A stretch of DNA of 61,876 nt from Lachnospiraceae bacterium (GCA_051879415.1 JBJELZ010000063.1:1-61876), one strand, 5' to 3'; positions 18,885 through 29,540 are shown, counted from the first letter of the stretch. Translations and numbers: made by a program. Notes: generated by a model from the letters alone, not told the origin.

Positions 18885-20186
18885 ATGAATATCATGGAAC
18901 TTATGATTCTGATTCTTCTGATGATAGTGGTAATCGGCGTAGCCAATGAGCGGATATTTCATATGCAGGGAGATATTGCATTGATTTTGTTTTCGCTGAT
19001 TATCTGCGGAGGGATTTATGCCCTTAGCAGTCTGCCGGGTCTGGAAGGAATTGCAGAGAGAATTCACCGGATTGGTGACTTTGGATTTGAACAGTATCTG
19101 ATTGATACGGTACTTTGCTTTATGCTGTTTGCAGGGGCAGGCAAGGTGAATATGCACAAGTTCCGTCAGAATATTAAAACAATCAGTCTGCTGGCACTGC
19201 TCTCTACTGTTATTTCATCTGTATTGTACGGACTTTTGTTCTTTGGAATTATGCAATTGATCGGGGTCGATATGGATCTGTTTACCTGTATTCTGCTTGG
19301 CTGTATTGTTTCGCCGACAGATCCTATTGCAGCAACCGGAATTTTAAATAAGCTTGGTCTTTCTAAAAATGTGACCGTTGTGATTGAAAGTGAATCTCTG
19401 TTCAATGATGGAACGGGCGTTGCATTGTTTGTATTTATCAAGAGTTTTGTAACACACAGCGGAGAAAGCAATTTTTTCATTGTCATGTTAAAGGAAGTGC
19501 TGGGTGCATTGGCTGTTGCCCTGATTATTTCTTTTATCATGACCGGTCTGATGAAGCTGACAAGAGATCCGGTAAAGCACATTATGATCAGTGCTTTGAC
19601 GGTTTCCATGGTTTATGCCATCTGTGAGCATTTTGGATTCTCCGGTGTGATTGCTTCGGTAGTCTGCGGAATGTATTTTGCAGCTGTGCGGAGCTCTATG
19701 GAACGGAGGCTACTGGTAGAAGATATACATAACAGGTATGAAGATTTCTGGGAAGTTGCGGAAAGTATTCTGAATGCAGTTTTGTTTGTTATGATTGGTC
19801 TTTCCCTTCTGGATTTACATTTAAGCCCGATGGTTCTGATTCTGTTTCCGATCACGCTGGTATTGGCAGTGGTTGCAAGGTTTGCAGGAGTATTCTGTTC
19901 CGGTATGATGATTGGAAAGAAAAAAATGCCGGGAAATTACAGTCTGATGGAATTTGTAATTTTAATGACCTGGTGTGCATTGCGGGGCGGACTTTCCCTG
20001 GCACTTGCAATGAGTACGAAGGATATTCTTTCACCGGATATTTATATGATTATCATGAATGTAGTTTATATTACGATTTTCTATACCGTCATTGTACAGG
20101 GACTGACAATTAAGAGTGTTTATTTTGGAATAGAAAAGCATAAGGCACAGCGTTGCCGCAGCAGAAAGGCAGATATCATATCATGA
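18885..20186 (+). CDS. Na+(K+)/H+ antiporter, CPA1 (NhaP-like)
   Basis: SPTDPIA, ESESLFNDG and ALRGGLSLALA motifs. Confidence 0.9.
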   Translation: MNIMELMILILLMIVVIGVANERIFHMQGDIALILFSLIICGGIYALSSLPGLEGIAERIHRIGDFGFEQYLIDTVLCFMLFAGAGKVNMHKFRQNIKTISLLALLSTVISSVLYGLLFFGIMQLIGVDMDLFTCILLGCIVSPTDPIAATGILNKLGLSKNVTVVIESESLFNDGTGVALFVFIKSFVTHSGESNFFIVMLKEVLGALAVALIISFIMTGLMKLTRDPVKHIMISALTVSMVYAICEHFGFSGVIASVVCGMYFAAVRSSMERRLLVEDIHNRYEDFWEVAESILNAVLFVMIGLSLLDLHLSPMVLILFPITLVLAVVARFAGVFCSGMMIGKKKMPGNYSLMEFVILMTWCALRGGLSLALAMSTKDILSPDIYMIIMNVVYITIFYTVIVQGLTIKSVYFGIEKHKAQRCRSRKADIIS

Positions 20187-21562
20187 AGATTGTAATTGCA
20201 GGAATGGGACTGACCGGAGAACTGCTTGCCAAGCAGGCATGCAGGGAGGGTCATGATGTTATGGTGATTGATACGGACCGGAAGAAAATCAGCGAAATCA
20301 CAGACCACTACAGTGTCGGAGGTACTTGCGGAAACTGTTCTGTAAGAGAGGTATTGTTAAAGGCAGGAGCAAATACGGCAGATATTGTTGTGGCGGCGTC
20401 GCCTTCTGATGAAGTCAATCTGTTGTGCTGCCGCACAGCGAAAAAAGTAGGTGCTGTCTATACGGCAGTTGTTCTTAGAAGCCCGGCCCATTATATGGAT
20501 CAGAAGTTTTTAAGGGAAGAATATGCAATAGACTGCATCGTCAATCCAAAGTATGAAGCAGCAGGATCAATAGAGCGGCAGCTTGGTCTTCCTACGGATG
20601 AAAAGGCATACGGATTCATTGAAAATAAAGCAGCAGTGTTAAGTGTCCATGTAGATCAGGGAGGTCCTTTGGATGGCATGGAGCTAAAGGCAATCAAGGG
20701 ATTTCTTGGAGAGCAGATTCTGTTGGGAACGGTCCGCAGAAAAGACACCTTATATGTTCCGGATGGGAAATTTGTATTGCGTGCGGAAGATGAGGTTGGT
20801 ATTATTGCACCCAATGAACAGGTGCTGGATATCGCACTAAAGCTTGGTCATGTGAGAAAGCCTGTAAAAAATGTACTGATTATCGGATGTGGTACCATAG
20901 GGGACTATTTGGTAAAAAGGCTGTTAAAAAGAAAAAAGCACATCAAAATTCTGGATAATGATCTGGATCGTTGTGAAGCATTGCGTTCAGAGCTTCCGTC
21001 GGAGGTGGATGTCTGTTATGCAGATCAGATTAATTCAGAAGTACTTCTGGAGGAAGGTATTAAGAATACGGATACCTGTATTCTGTTGACCGGTTCCGAT
21101 GAGACCAATCTGATTCTTTCCATGTTTGCATGGTCATGCGGAGTCAGTTCTATCATCACAAAGATTAATACACCTTCCTATGAGAGCGTTTTAAACAAGG
21201 TAAATATCAATATTACCGTAACACCGGCGGCGGTTGCCTGTGACAGACTCATGACCTTTATCAGAAATGTTGAGACCTATCATGATGAGGAGAATGATAT
21301 TTACAGTATGTTTTCTCTGGCAGGGGGACTTGGCAAAGCCATGGGCTTTATTGCGGACAAAGATTTGAAATGTATTGATGTGCCGTTTAGTTCACCGGAG
21401 TTTCATCTAAAAAAGGATGTCCTGGTGGCTGCCATCATCAGGGGACAGGAGTTGATGATTCCAAACGGAAACAGTGCAATCCATCCGGGAGACAGGGTAA
21501 TTGTTATTGTTAAGGCAGATCAGGTTTTCTGTACCTTGAATGATATATTTGCGGATAAATAG
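20183..21562 (+). CDS. trkA: Trk system potassium uptake regulatory protein TrkA (tandem RCK domains)
   Basis: Two Rossmann GxG motifs (IAGMGLTG, IIGCGTIG) and two TrkA_C domains; ATGA overlap with the upstream antiporter. Confidence 0.85.
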   Translation: MKIVIAGMGLTGELLAKQACREGHDVMVIDTDRKKISEITDHYSVGGTCGNCSVREVLLKAGANTADIVVAASPSDEVNLLCCRTAKKVGAVYTAVVLRSPAHYMDQKFLREEYAIDCIVNPKYEAAGSIERQLGLPTDEKAYGFIENKAAVLSVHVDQGGPLDGMELKAIKGFLGEQILLGTVRRKDTLYVPDGKFVLRAEDEVGIIAPNEQVLDIALKLGHVRKPVKNVLIIGCGTIGDYLVKRLLKRKKHIKILDNDLDRCEALRSELPSEVDVCYADQINSEVLLEEGIKNTDTCILLTGSDETNLILSMFAWSCGVSSIITKINTPSYESVLNKVNINITVTPAAVACDRLMTFIRNVETYHDEENDIYSMFSLAGGLGKAMGFIADKDLKCIDVPFSSPEFHLKKDVLVAAIIRGQELMIPNGNSAIHPGDRVIVIVKADQVFCTLNDIFADK

Positions 21563-21591
21563 CACGAAGGCGTTGTTAGAGAGGGTACCTC

Positions 21592-22590
21592 ATGATAACT
21601 ATCAGTTTATGTATGATTGTGAAAAATGAAGAAGCAGTTCTTTCGAGATGTCTGGATTCCATTGCAGATCTGATGGATGAGATTATTATCGTGGATACCG
21701 GCTCGGAGGATCAGACAAAGGAAATTGCACGGCGTTATACGGATCAGGTTTATGATTTTGCATGGACAGGAAGCTTTGCAGATGCCAGAAATTATTCTTT
21801 CTCCAAGGCTACAAAAGAGTATATTTATTGTGCGGATGCAGATGAAGAGCTGGATCAGGAGAACCGGGAGAAGTTTCGTGTTCTGAAAGAGGCGTTACTT
21901 CCGGAGATTGATGTAGTACAGATGTACTATGCCAACCAGCTTTCGTATAATACCATCTATAATTATGATAAGGAGCTGCGTCCTAAGCTCTATAAGAGAA
22001 TCCGGCAATGCGTCTGGGAGAATGCCATTCACGAAGCAGTTCGTCTGGAACCGGTGATCTATGACAGTGAGATAGAAATATTACATAAACCGGAAAGCAA
22101 TCATAAAGCAAGGGATCTGAAGGCATTTGAGCGGCTCTATGAAGAAGGTGTCGTTTTAGATAAACGTCTGCATGAAATATATGCCAAAGAATTGATGATT
22201 GCCGGAGAAAAAGAAGATTTTATGCGGGCATATCCAATGTTTCAGGCATCTTTATCGGATGGCAGCAGGAGCATGGATGAAATTATGGAAGCCTGCTGTA
22301 TCTGTGCCAATACCTGCCTTTTGACAGGGGATGGACTGCATTTCTTTCAATATACGACAAAAGCCATGGCAATGAATGGATGCAGTGAGATCTGTTATCT
22401 GTTAGGAGAATATTATCGTCAGAACGGTGAACCGGAGGAGGCAGCAGTCTGGTATTACAATGCTGCTTTTGAAACGGAAAGTGTTCTCAGTCTGCGTCAT
22501 CATAAGGAGCTGCCATTGCAGGCACTGGTTGGGATTTATCAGGAGCTTGGCAATGAAGAACAGGCAATGTACTATCGGGGATTGTTATAA
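21592..22590 (+). CDS. GT2 glycosyltransferase with TPR-like C-terminus
   Basis: ISLCMIVKNEE, VDTGS.D, ARN, DADE and IHE motifs. Confidence 0.88.
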   Translation: MITISLCMIVKNEEAVLSRCLDSIADLMDEIIIVDTGSEDQTKEIARRYTDQVYDFAWTGSFADARNYSFSKATKEYIYCADADEELDQENREKFRVLKEALLPEIDVVQMYYANQLSYNTIYNYDKELRPKLYKRIRQCVWENAIHEAVRLEPVIYDSEIEILHKPESNHKARDLKAFERLYEEGVVLDKRLHEIYAKELMIAGEKEDFMRAYPMFQASLSDGSRSMDEIMEACCICANTCLLTGDGLHFFQYTTKAMAMNGCSEICYLLGEYYRQNGEPEEAAVWYYNAAFETESVLSLRHHKELPLQALVGIYQELGNEEQAMYYRGLL

Positions 22591-22593
22591 CCA

Positions 22594-23334
22594 ATGAAAA
22601 AGGGAAGTATGGGAAATTCTGAACAAAAATGGGGACTTAGTGGAAATATCCTGAAGGTAATTGCATTAGTTACCATGACAATTGATCATGTGGGTCTGCT
22701 TTTAATGGATAATTTCCGACCATTCCGTTTGATTGGGAGACTGGCATTTCCGCTGTTTGCCTATATGATTGCGGAAGGGTGCAGATATACAAAGAACAAA
22801 AGAAATTATTTCTTAAGAATTTTTGGTCTGGGCTTCCTGTGCCAGTTGGTATATTATTTTGCAGAGCACAGCCTGTATCAGGGAATTCTCATGACCTTTT
22901 CTGTTTCTGTTCTGCTTTCCTATGCTGTGCTATGGGCGAAGAAACAGAGTAAACAGGGAGAAAACGGCAGAGCAAATGTGATGGCGTGGATTTTGCCGAC
23001 TGTATTGATCCTTGTAACGGCAGTCTTATGCGGTTCCATTCCGCTTTTGCCTGAAAAATGGCAGGTGCAGTTTGATTATGGATTTTGGGGGATTCTTCTT
23101 CCTGTCTTCGTTGTTGTTGGAAGAACAAAGATAGAGAGGATTTTACTTGCCCTGGTGGGAATGATTCCGGTTGCAGTTTCCTTGGGAGGTAACCAGTGGA
23201 TGTCCCTGGCAGCATTGGTTTTGCTGAGCTGCTATAATGAGCAGAAGGGGAAGCGGAATATGAAATACCTGTTTTATATCTATTATCCCCTGCATATGGC
23301 AGTGATCTACGGACTGACGTACCTTATTTATTAA
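22594..23334 (+). CDS. TraX-family membrane protein (putative acyltransferase)
   Basis: LKVIALVTMTIDH, IGRLAFPLFAY..AEG and FYIYYPLH motifs. Confidence 0.85.
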   Translation: MKKGSMGNSEQKWGLSGNILKVIALVTMTIDHVGLLLMDNFRPFRLIGRLAFPLFAYMIAEGCRYTKNKRNYFLRIFGLGFLCQLVYYFAEHSLYQGILMTFSVSVLLSYAVLWAKKQSKQGENGRANVMAWILPTVLILVTAVLCGSIPLLPEKWQVQFDYGFWGILLPVFVVVGRTKIERILLALVGMIPVAVSLGGNQWMSLAALVLLSCYNEQKGKRNMKYLFYIYYPLHMAVIYGLTYLIY

Positions 23335-23335
23335 A

Positions 23336-23477
23336 TAGGTAATTGCGAAACTCAAAGTATTCTATGCAAAACTGTACAATATGCATAATAATGCGACATT
23401 AGCTGCGTAGCAGGTACGGAGCATTTTATGCATATTGCACAGTGAAATATGGAAAATAACAGTTTCGCAATTACCTA
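23336..23477. repeat. 142-bp nested inverted-repeat element
   Basis: Perfect 17-bp outer IR (23336-23352 / 23461-23477) and 17/18 inner IR (23371-23388 / 23426-23443). Confidence 0.85.
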
Positions 23478-23509
23478 CCTTATCCATTAAATAGGAGAGG
23501 AGAATTCTT

Positions 23510-23941
23510 ATGAAAGAATTTTTATACAGGATTGTGGAATGGATTGCAGAATGCCACAACTATCTGTTAAAATTAAATGATGCATATGAGTATAATTTTA
23601 CGGATAAGGAACTTCATTTTCTTGTGATCGGATGCATTGGCATGATGATTCTTCTTGTGGCATATCCTGTGTTCAGGATTCTGGCGAAACATAAGATGTA
23701 TCTGACCATAACAGGAATTTATACCTTTACGGTTGTTGTTGTATTGACCTTTGCAATTGAGATTGGGCAGAAAATCAGTAAGACCGGTACCATGGAATTT
23801 GCAGATATTATGTCAGGCGTCATAGGATTTCTGATGATGTTTGCTTTGGTAGCAGTCATTAAGGGAATTTATCATATCATCAGACACTTTGTTATAAGGG
23901 CAAAGCAGAGAAAAACGAAAGAATCCTTTGAAGAATCTTAG
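23510..23941 (+). CDS. Hypothetical membrane protein (3 TM)
   Basis: Strong RBS; three hydrophobic segments. Confidence 0.7.
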   Translation: MKEFLYRIVEWIAECHNYLLKLNDAYEYNFTDKELHFLVIGCIGMMILLVAYPVFRILAKHKMYLTITGIYTFTVVVVLTFAIEIGQKISKTGTMEFADIMSGVIGFLMMFALVAVIKGIYHIIRHFVIRAKQRKTKESFEES

Positions 23942-23971
23942 AGAATTCCATGACAAGGAGTAATTTGCTAA

Positions 23972-26900
23972 ATGGAGAAAAACAGAGAACAAAGAGAAAA
24001 GATTGTAATTGTCCTATTCTGCATTCTCATTAATATTGTGGGAAAGAATATTGCAGAAATGTGTTATCTTCCACTCTGGCTGGATGTGATCGGAACAGGA
24101 GTGGCCGCCTATTTTGCAGGACCGATAGGAGCAGTGATTACCGGTATCATAAATAATCTTGCTTTTGGAATGATTGATCCGGCTTCAATTGCATATGCAC
24201 TGGTAAGCATTGCCGTTGGACTTTTTATAGTCTTTCTTGAGAAAAAAGGTTATCTGGAGACATTAACGAAGGCTTTGGTTTCCGGTGTTCTGGTAGGAGT
24301 TTTTTCAAGTGTTTTATCTTCCGTAATAAATATTTTTATCTTCGGCGGAAAAAGTGGGAATGCCTGGGGAGATACCATATACGATATGCTTACCTGGAAT
24401 GGCGTCCCTTCTTATTTTGCTGCGTTTGTCGGAGAGGCAATGATTGATATCCCGGATAAACTGATTTGTCTGGCAGCGGCATTTGGTGTTATTCAGTTAA
24501 TTCGTCACAGCCGAAGTAAAAATAATGGATTGATTGGAAGAAAATTCATTATAGGCTGTATGGCTGTTTTGACCTCCCTGGTATTGATGCTTGTTGTGGC
24601 AGATGTATTTCAGCAACAGCAGCAGGCTGATGAGAATACGCAGAGTGTGGAACAGTCTTATTATAATGAATACAGGGACGAGGCTTCTATCCTATGGGAT
24701 GACCAGACCGGTGGTGAAAATATCTTTGCGGGTAATTATGTAGAGCAGATCTACAATGGAAATAACGGCATGTTTTCTTCTGAAGTGAATGCGATTGCCG
24801 AGACGGCAGATGGCTATATCTGGTTTGGAGGTTATGCCGGACTTACAAGGTATGACGGCAAGACATTTGAATATATCAGGGAAAGTGGTCTTGCCAGTGT
24901 GACGGTATTGATGACTGATTCAGAGGACCGCTTATGGATTGGAACCAATGATGATGGTCTGGCAAGATATGACAATGGAACCTACACATTTTTCACCAAG
25001 GCAGACGGAATGCCGGCAAGTGCCATACGTTCTCTGGTAGAAATGCCGGATGGTACGATGTATGTAGGAACAACGGACCATATGTGCAAGATTACAGCTG
25101 CAGATCAGATTCAAGTGATAGAAGAAGATATTACTTATGTAACTTCCATGGTGCAGCAGAATGGAAGAATTATCGGCGTTACCAATACGGGACTTCTTTT
25201 CCTCATGAAAGATGATGTGCTGTTAGCAAGCAAAGAGGTATCACGTGAAGGGGCTTATTATCAATGTGTAGGCCGGAATGACCGGCAGATTATGGCAGGT
25301 ACCTCGGATGGATATATTGATTGTATCAGTATAGAGGGGGATCGTCTGATACTGTATAGGCAGACGGAGATGCAGGGCTTCAGAAACATATCTTCCATCC
25401 AGACGGATCGTCAGGGACGTACCTGGATCGGAGCTGATTCCGGTATGGGATATTTTGACCATGCAGGCAATTTCTATACCCATAGTTATGAGGGATTTGA
25501 AAATTCCATAGAGGACATTCATGAAGATTACGAGGGTAACTTCTGGTTTGCATCTTCCGGTAACGGGGTCATGAAGCTTAGTCACAATAACTTTATCAAT
25601 TTATTCGCAGCTGCCGGTATCAGTCCGGAAGTTACAAACAGTATCTGTGAATACAAGGACGCTTATTATTGTGGAACAGATAAAGGATTATTCATTCTTG
25701 ACCGGGAAAGCTGCCAGCCAATCGATAATGAACTGACCCAGATGCTTGATGGAATAAGGATCCGGTTTATATCTGTAGATTCCAAGGGAAGCCTCTGGAT
25801 ATGCAGTTACGGTAAATACGGACTGGTGCGTTATGATTCAGATGAGACAATTACAACTTATACAGTAGAGGAGCAGGGAGCAACAAGTAACCGGTTCCGT
25901 TGTATGCTGGAATTGGAAGATGGAACCATTGTGACAGGAAACAATAATGGTATTAATTTCATCAGGGGAAACGAAGTTATTGGAACGATTACCGGTGAAG
26001 ACGGTCTGGAAAATGAACAGGTGCTTTGTCTGATTGCAGGAGAGAATGGAGCATTTTATGCGGGAACAGACGGAGCCGGTATTTATAAAATAGAAAACAT
26101 GCAGATTACGGAACATATATCTACGGAAAATGGTCTGTCCTCTGATATTATTATGCGAATGGTTCCTTATCGTACAGGATATTTTGTTGTTGCAAGCAAT
26201 TCTTTGTGCTATATGGAGAACAATGCGGCAAGAAAATTAAGTCAGTTTCCTTACCTGAATAATTATGATATTCTCCTGCAGGATAATGAGGCATATATTC
26301 TGTCCAGCAGTGGTATCTATGTTGTAAATGCTGAGAAATTGTATTATGACGAGGAACTTCAGTATAAACTGTATAACCATACAGAGGGGCTGTTAACTGC
26401 ACTGACTGCCAATTCATGGAATTATATTAATGATTCCGGCAGGATCTATTTTTGTACCAATCAGGGTGTCAGCTGTTTTGATATTTCCAGTCAGACACAG
26501 GGCAGAAGACGATATAAGTTTGATATTGCACTTGTGACAGCAGATGGACAGACGATTACGGAGGATAACAGGATCTATCGGATTCCGGAAAATGCCAGCA
26601 ATGTGGTTATTACGCCGTCTGTAAGAAATTATACACTCTCAGATGTTAAATTACAGATATTTATAGATGGTCTGGATACGTATCCCAGTACATTTTCCCA
26701 AAAGGATATTGAGCCGATTCAGATCAGCAGGATTCCGGCAGGAACATACCGGATACAGTTGAAAATTCTTAGCAACGATGAGTCCATGGTTCTTCAGGAG
26801 AAGGATTATATTCTGATTAAGGAAGCACATGCCTGGGAAAATACCATATTCATGGTATATCTGGTGTTTGTATTGTCTCTGTCGATGATTTCAATCATCT

Positions 26901-28537
26901 GGGTAATCCTGAATTACTTCAATCTTGTAAGAAGTAAAAAGGATCTGGAGGAAATAAAACTTCAGGCAAAGAATGATTTCTTAACGAAAATGTCTCATGA
27001 AATCCGTACACCGGTAAATGCGATCATCGGTATGGACGAAATGATACTCCGTTCAAATCCCGACGGCAGAATAGAGAATTATGCATGTCAGATTCAGAGT
27101 GCTGCAGAAAAGCTTCTTGCCCTGATCAATGATGTTCTTGATTTTTCAACGATTGAGTCAGGTAAACTCTCTATTACAGTAAAGAATTACCGCCTGGATG
27201 AAATGCTGAATGATATGATCAGTCTTCTGGATTATCGTGCGGGAGAGAAGAATCTTGAAATCCGTCTGGATATCCAGAAGGATCTGCCGCGGTTACTAAG
27301 TGGTGACCTGCTGCGTATCAAACAGATCATTTCCAATCTGCTGACCAATGCTGTAAAAAATACCAGTCAGGGTTATATCAAGCTGGTTGTAACAGGTGAA
27401 ATTACGGGGCCGGAAAAAATAGTATTATCGATCACTGTTGAAGATACCGGAATCGGTATCCGGCAGGAAGATATGGATCAGGTTTTTGGAAGCTTTACGA
27501 AGCTGTCGAAGAAAAAGGGACAAGAGGAAGAAGGAATCGGACTTGGACTGAATATTACAAAGAAGCTGGTAGACCTGATGGAAGGTGAGATTAGTGTTGA
27601 GAGTACCTATGGCGGAGGTGCGGCATTTACCGTAAAAATACCGCAGCAGATCAAAGAAGATCATCCGATTGGTGACTTGAAACAGGTATATCTTAGAAAA
27701 ATGCGGCAGATGTGGAATGGTAAGGATCAGTTTACTGCATCTGATGCATGTATCTTAAGTGTTGATGATAATGATATCAGTCAGGAAATCGTTCAGGGGC
27801 TTTTAAAAAATACCATGGTGCGGATTACCACTGCAATGAGTGGAAAAGAGGCATTGGAGCTATGTAAGAGCAAAAAATTCGATCTGATCTTAATGGATCG
27901 TCTGATGCCGGAAATGGATGGTATCGAGACTTTACGGCAGCTGCGTTTGGATGAAGAGAACCTTAATAGTACTACTCCTGCAATTATGCTGACCTCAGAG
28001 TCAGGAGAACAGGATCAGACGAGAGAAAATTATCGAAAGCATGGATTTGTTGATTATCTGTCCAAACCGCTTTCTGCTGTACAGCTGGAAGAAATCCTGC
28101 GCCTGTATCTACCGAAAGAAAAAATACATATCGTGTCCGAACAATCGGATGAAAGAAAAAAAGAAAGAGTTCAGCAGTCGGAGCAGCATAAGATAGAGAC
28201 TTTGCATATTGACCAAAAAACCGGGCTGAAATATTGTGCCGGCGACGAAGAAATGTACAGAGCGATTCTTGATACTTTCCGAAAGCAGAAGGAACGTTAT
28301 CATAACGGATTAAAATCATATAGTGCCAAGGCGGATCTGAAGCATTATGAAATTATGATACATGCACTAAAAAGTACGGCACTTACCATTGGAGCCAAAG
28401 AACTTTCTGAGCAGGCGAGACAGCACGAGGTAGCAGCAAAGCAAAGGGATCTTCAGACGATTCGGGATACACTGGATTCCTTCCTGGAACTGTATGATCA
28501 GGTGCTGGAGGAAATTGACGGATTACTTTCCGTATAG
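23972..28537 (+). CDS. Hybrid sensor histidine kinase: ECF S-component-like membrane domain, beta-propeller sensor, HisKA/HATPase, REC, HPt
   Basis: Repeated (D/E)..G.LWIGT propeller motifs; MSHEIRTPVN H-box, NLLTNAVK, DTGIGI, GIGLGL; DLILMD receiver; HALKS HPt. Confidence 0.88.
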   Translation: MEKNREQREKIVIVLFCILINIVGKNIAEMCYLPLWLDVIGTGVAAYFAGPIGAVITGIINNLAFGMIDPASIAYALVSIAVGLFIVFLEKKGYLETLTKALVSGVLVGVFSSVLSSVINIFIFGGKSGNAWGDTIYDMLTWNGVPSYFAAFVGEAMIDIPDKLICLAAAFGVIQLIRHSRSKNNGLIGRKFIIGCMAVLTSLVLMLVVADVFQQQQQADENTQSVEQSYYNEYRDEASILWDDQTGGENIFAGNYVEQIYNGNNGMFSSEVNAIAETADGYIWFGGYAGLTRYDGKTFEYIRESGLASVTVLMTDSEDRLWIGTNDDGLARYDNGTYTFFTKADGMPASAIRSLVEMPDGTMYVGTTDHMCKITAADQIQVIEEDITYVTSMVQQNGRIIGVTNTGLLFLMKDDVLLASKEVSREGAYYQCVGRNDRQIMAGTSDGYIDCISIEGDRLILYRQTEMQGFRNISSIQTDRQGRTWIGADSGMGYFDHAGNFYTHSYEGFENSIEDIHEDYEGNFWFASSGNGVMKLSHNNFINLFAAAGISPEVTNSICEYKDAYYCGTDKGLFILDRESCQPIDNELTQMLDGIRIRFISVDSKGSLWICSYGKYGLVRYDSDETITTYTVEEQGATSNRFRCMLELEDGTIVTGNNNGINFIRGNEVIGTITGEDGLENEQVLCLIAGENGAFYAGTDGAGIYKIENMQITEHISTENGLSSDIIMRMVPYRTGYFVVASNSLCYMENNAARKLSQFPYLNNYDILLQDNEAYILSSSGIYVVNAEKLYYDEELQYKLYNHTEGLLTALTANSWNYINDSGRIYFCTNQGVSCFDISSQTQGRRRYKFDIALVTADGQTITEDNRIYRIPENASNVVITPSVRNYTLSDVKLQIFIDGLDTYPSTFSQKDIEPIQISRIPAGTYRIQLKILSNDESMVLQEKDYILIKEAHAWENTIFMVYLVFVLSLSMISIIWVILNYFNLVRSKKDLEEIKLQAKNDFLTKMSHEIRTPVNAIIGMDEMILRSNPDGRIENYACQIQSAAEKLLALINDVLDFSTIESGKLSITVKNYRLDEMLNDMISLLDYRAGEKNLEIRLDIQKDLPRLLSGDLLRIKQIISNLLTNAVKNTSQGYIKLVVTGEITGPEKIVLSITVEDTGIGIRQEDMDQVFGSFTKLSKKKGQEEEGIGLGLNITKKLVDLMEGEISVESTYGGGAAFTVKIPQQIKEDHPIGDLKQVYLRKMRQMWNGKDQFTASDACILSVDDNDISQEIVQGLLKNTMVRITTAMSGKEALELCKSKKFDLILMDRLMPEMDGIETLRQLRLDEENLNSTTPAIMLTSESGEQDQTRENYRKHGFVDYLSKPLSAVQLEEILRLYLPKEKIHIVSEQSDERKKERVQQSEQHKIETLHIDQKTGLKYCAGDEEMYRAILDTFRKQKERYHNGLKSYSAKADLKHYEIMIHALKSTALTIGAKELSEQARQHEVAAKQRDLQTIRDTLDSFLELYDQVLEEIDGLLSV

Positions 28538-28593
28538 TACCAATTTTGACAATACCACATAAAATATTACAAAATATTTTATGTGGTATTTTT

Positions 28594-29511
28594 ATGTATC
28601 TTCTATTTAGTATTCTTTTAATTCTTATTCTTATATGTTTCTGTATCTTTTCATGGAAAAGAAAACGAATTCTTCATAAGGTCTGCTGTATGTGTATGGA
28701 GGATAAATGCAGTCTGTTGAATGAACTGCTGGAACCGTTTGGATATTGCTATGATCTGAGACAGGATATCTTTTCTACCCGCATTGATGCATGGCAGAGA
28801 AAATTCGGATATTGTGCATTTTATGATAAGGCGGCAGAATCCTTTCAAATGATATTTGAATGTATGCCGGTCTACTTCAATTATCGTGGCAGAACATGGC
28901 TGATTGAGTTTTGGAAAGGACAATACGGACTTAATGCAGGCTGTGAAATCGGGGTCTATTATGCAGATAAAATTATAGAGGAAGAAAAGTGGGACAGCAC
29001 ATTATTTCAATGTGTAGAAGATGAAGATATGCAGAAACTATCATTTACGTTATATAGGAAAGGAGAACGCCTGTCACATCTTCGCTGTACACACTGGTGG
29101 CTGACTGCATTTGATCCCGGAACATTTTTTAATCCTGAAGAATTGTTTATGGATGCCGGTCTGACATTTGCCGACTGTGAGATGGCGAGAGCATTTGTTG
29201 AAGGCCTTGTTAAGACCGGGTATGATAAGACGGATATCTGGCTACATGAGAATGTAGTCTCGATTTCCTTTATGACAGGAACCATGCAATATGGATTCTT
29301 TAGAAAATTGAGAAGGAGTCTGGCACAGGTTTCTAACCGGCTCGGTTGTTTTATTTATCGTTTTGCGACCAGACCATTACAACTTTCGGTTGACAGGGTG
29401 CTTTATCTATATTTCTATCTGCCGTTTGCTTTCCGCAGGTTGTTCCGCGACAGACGTTTTAAAGAAAGAAAACATTTCTCGTTTAAAAAAGAGCGTCAAG
29501 TGCGGAATTGA
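28594..29511 (+). CDS. DUF4474 domain protein
   Basis: DAWQRKFGYC..YD, WLIEFWKGQYG..GCEIGVY and HWWLTAF pattern; N-terminal TM. Confidence 0.75.
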   Translation: MYLLFSILLILILICFCIFSWKRKRILHKVCCMCMEDKCSLLNELLEPFGYCYDLRQDIFSTRIDAWQRKFGYCAFYDKAAESFQMIFECMPVYFNYRGRTWLIEFWKGQYGLNAGCEIGVYYADKIIEEEKWDSTLFQCVEDEDMQKLSFTLYRKGERLSHLRCTHWWLTAFDPGTFFNPEELFMDAGLTFADCEMARAFVEGLVKTGYDKTDIWLHENVVSISFMTGTMQYGFFRKLRRSLAQVSNRLGCFIYRFATRPLQLSVDRVLYLYFYLPFAFRRLFRDRRFKERKHFSFKKERQVRN

Positions 29512-29540
29512 AAGAGATATGGATGTAAGGAGGATCACAG

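Noticed and set aside
22594..23334. traX as evidence of a conjugative element
   Set aside because: No relaxase, T4SS or integrase genes nearby; TraX-like proteins are common chromosomal membrane proteins.
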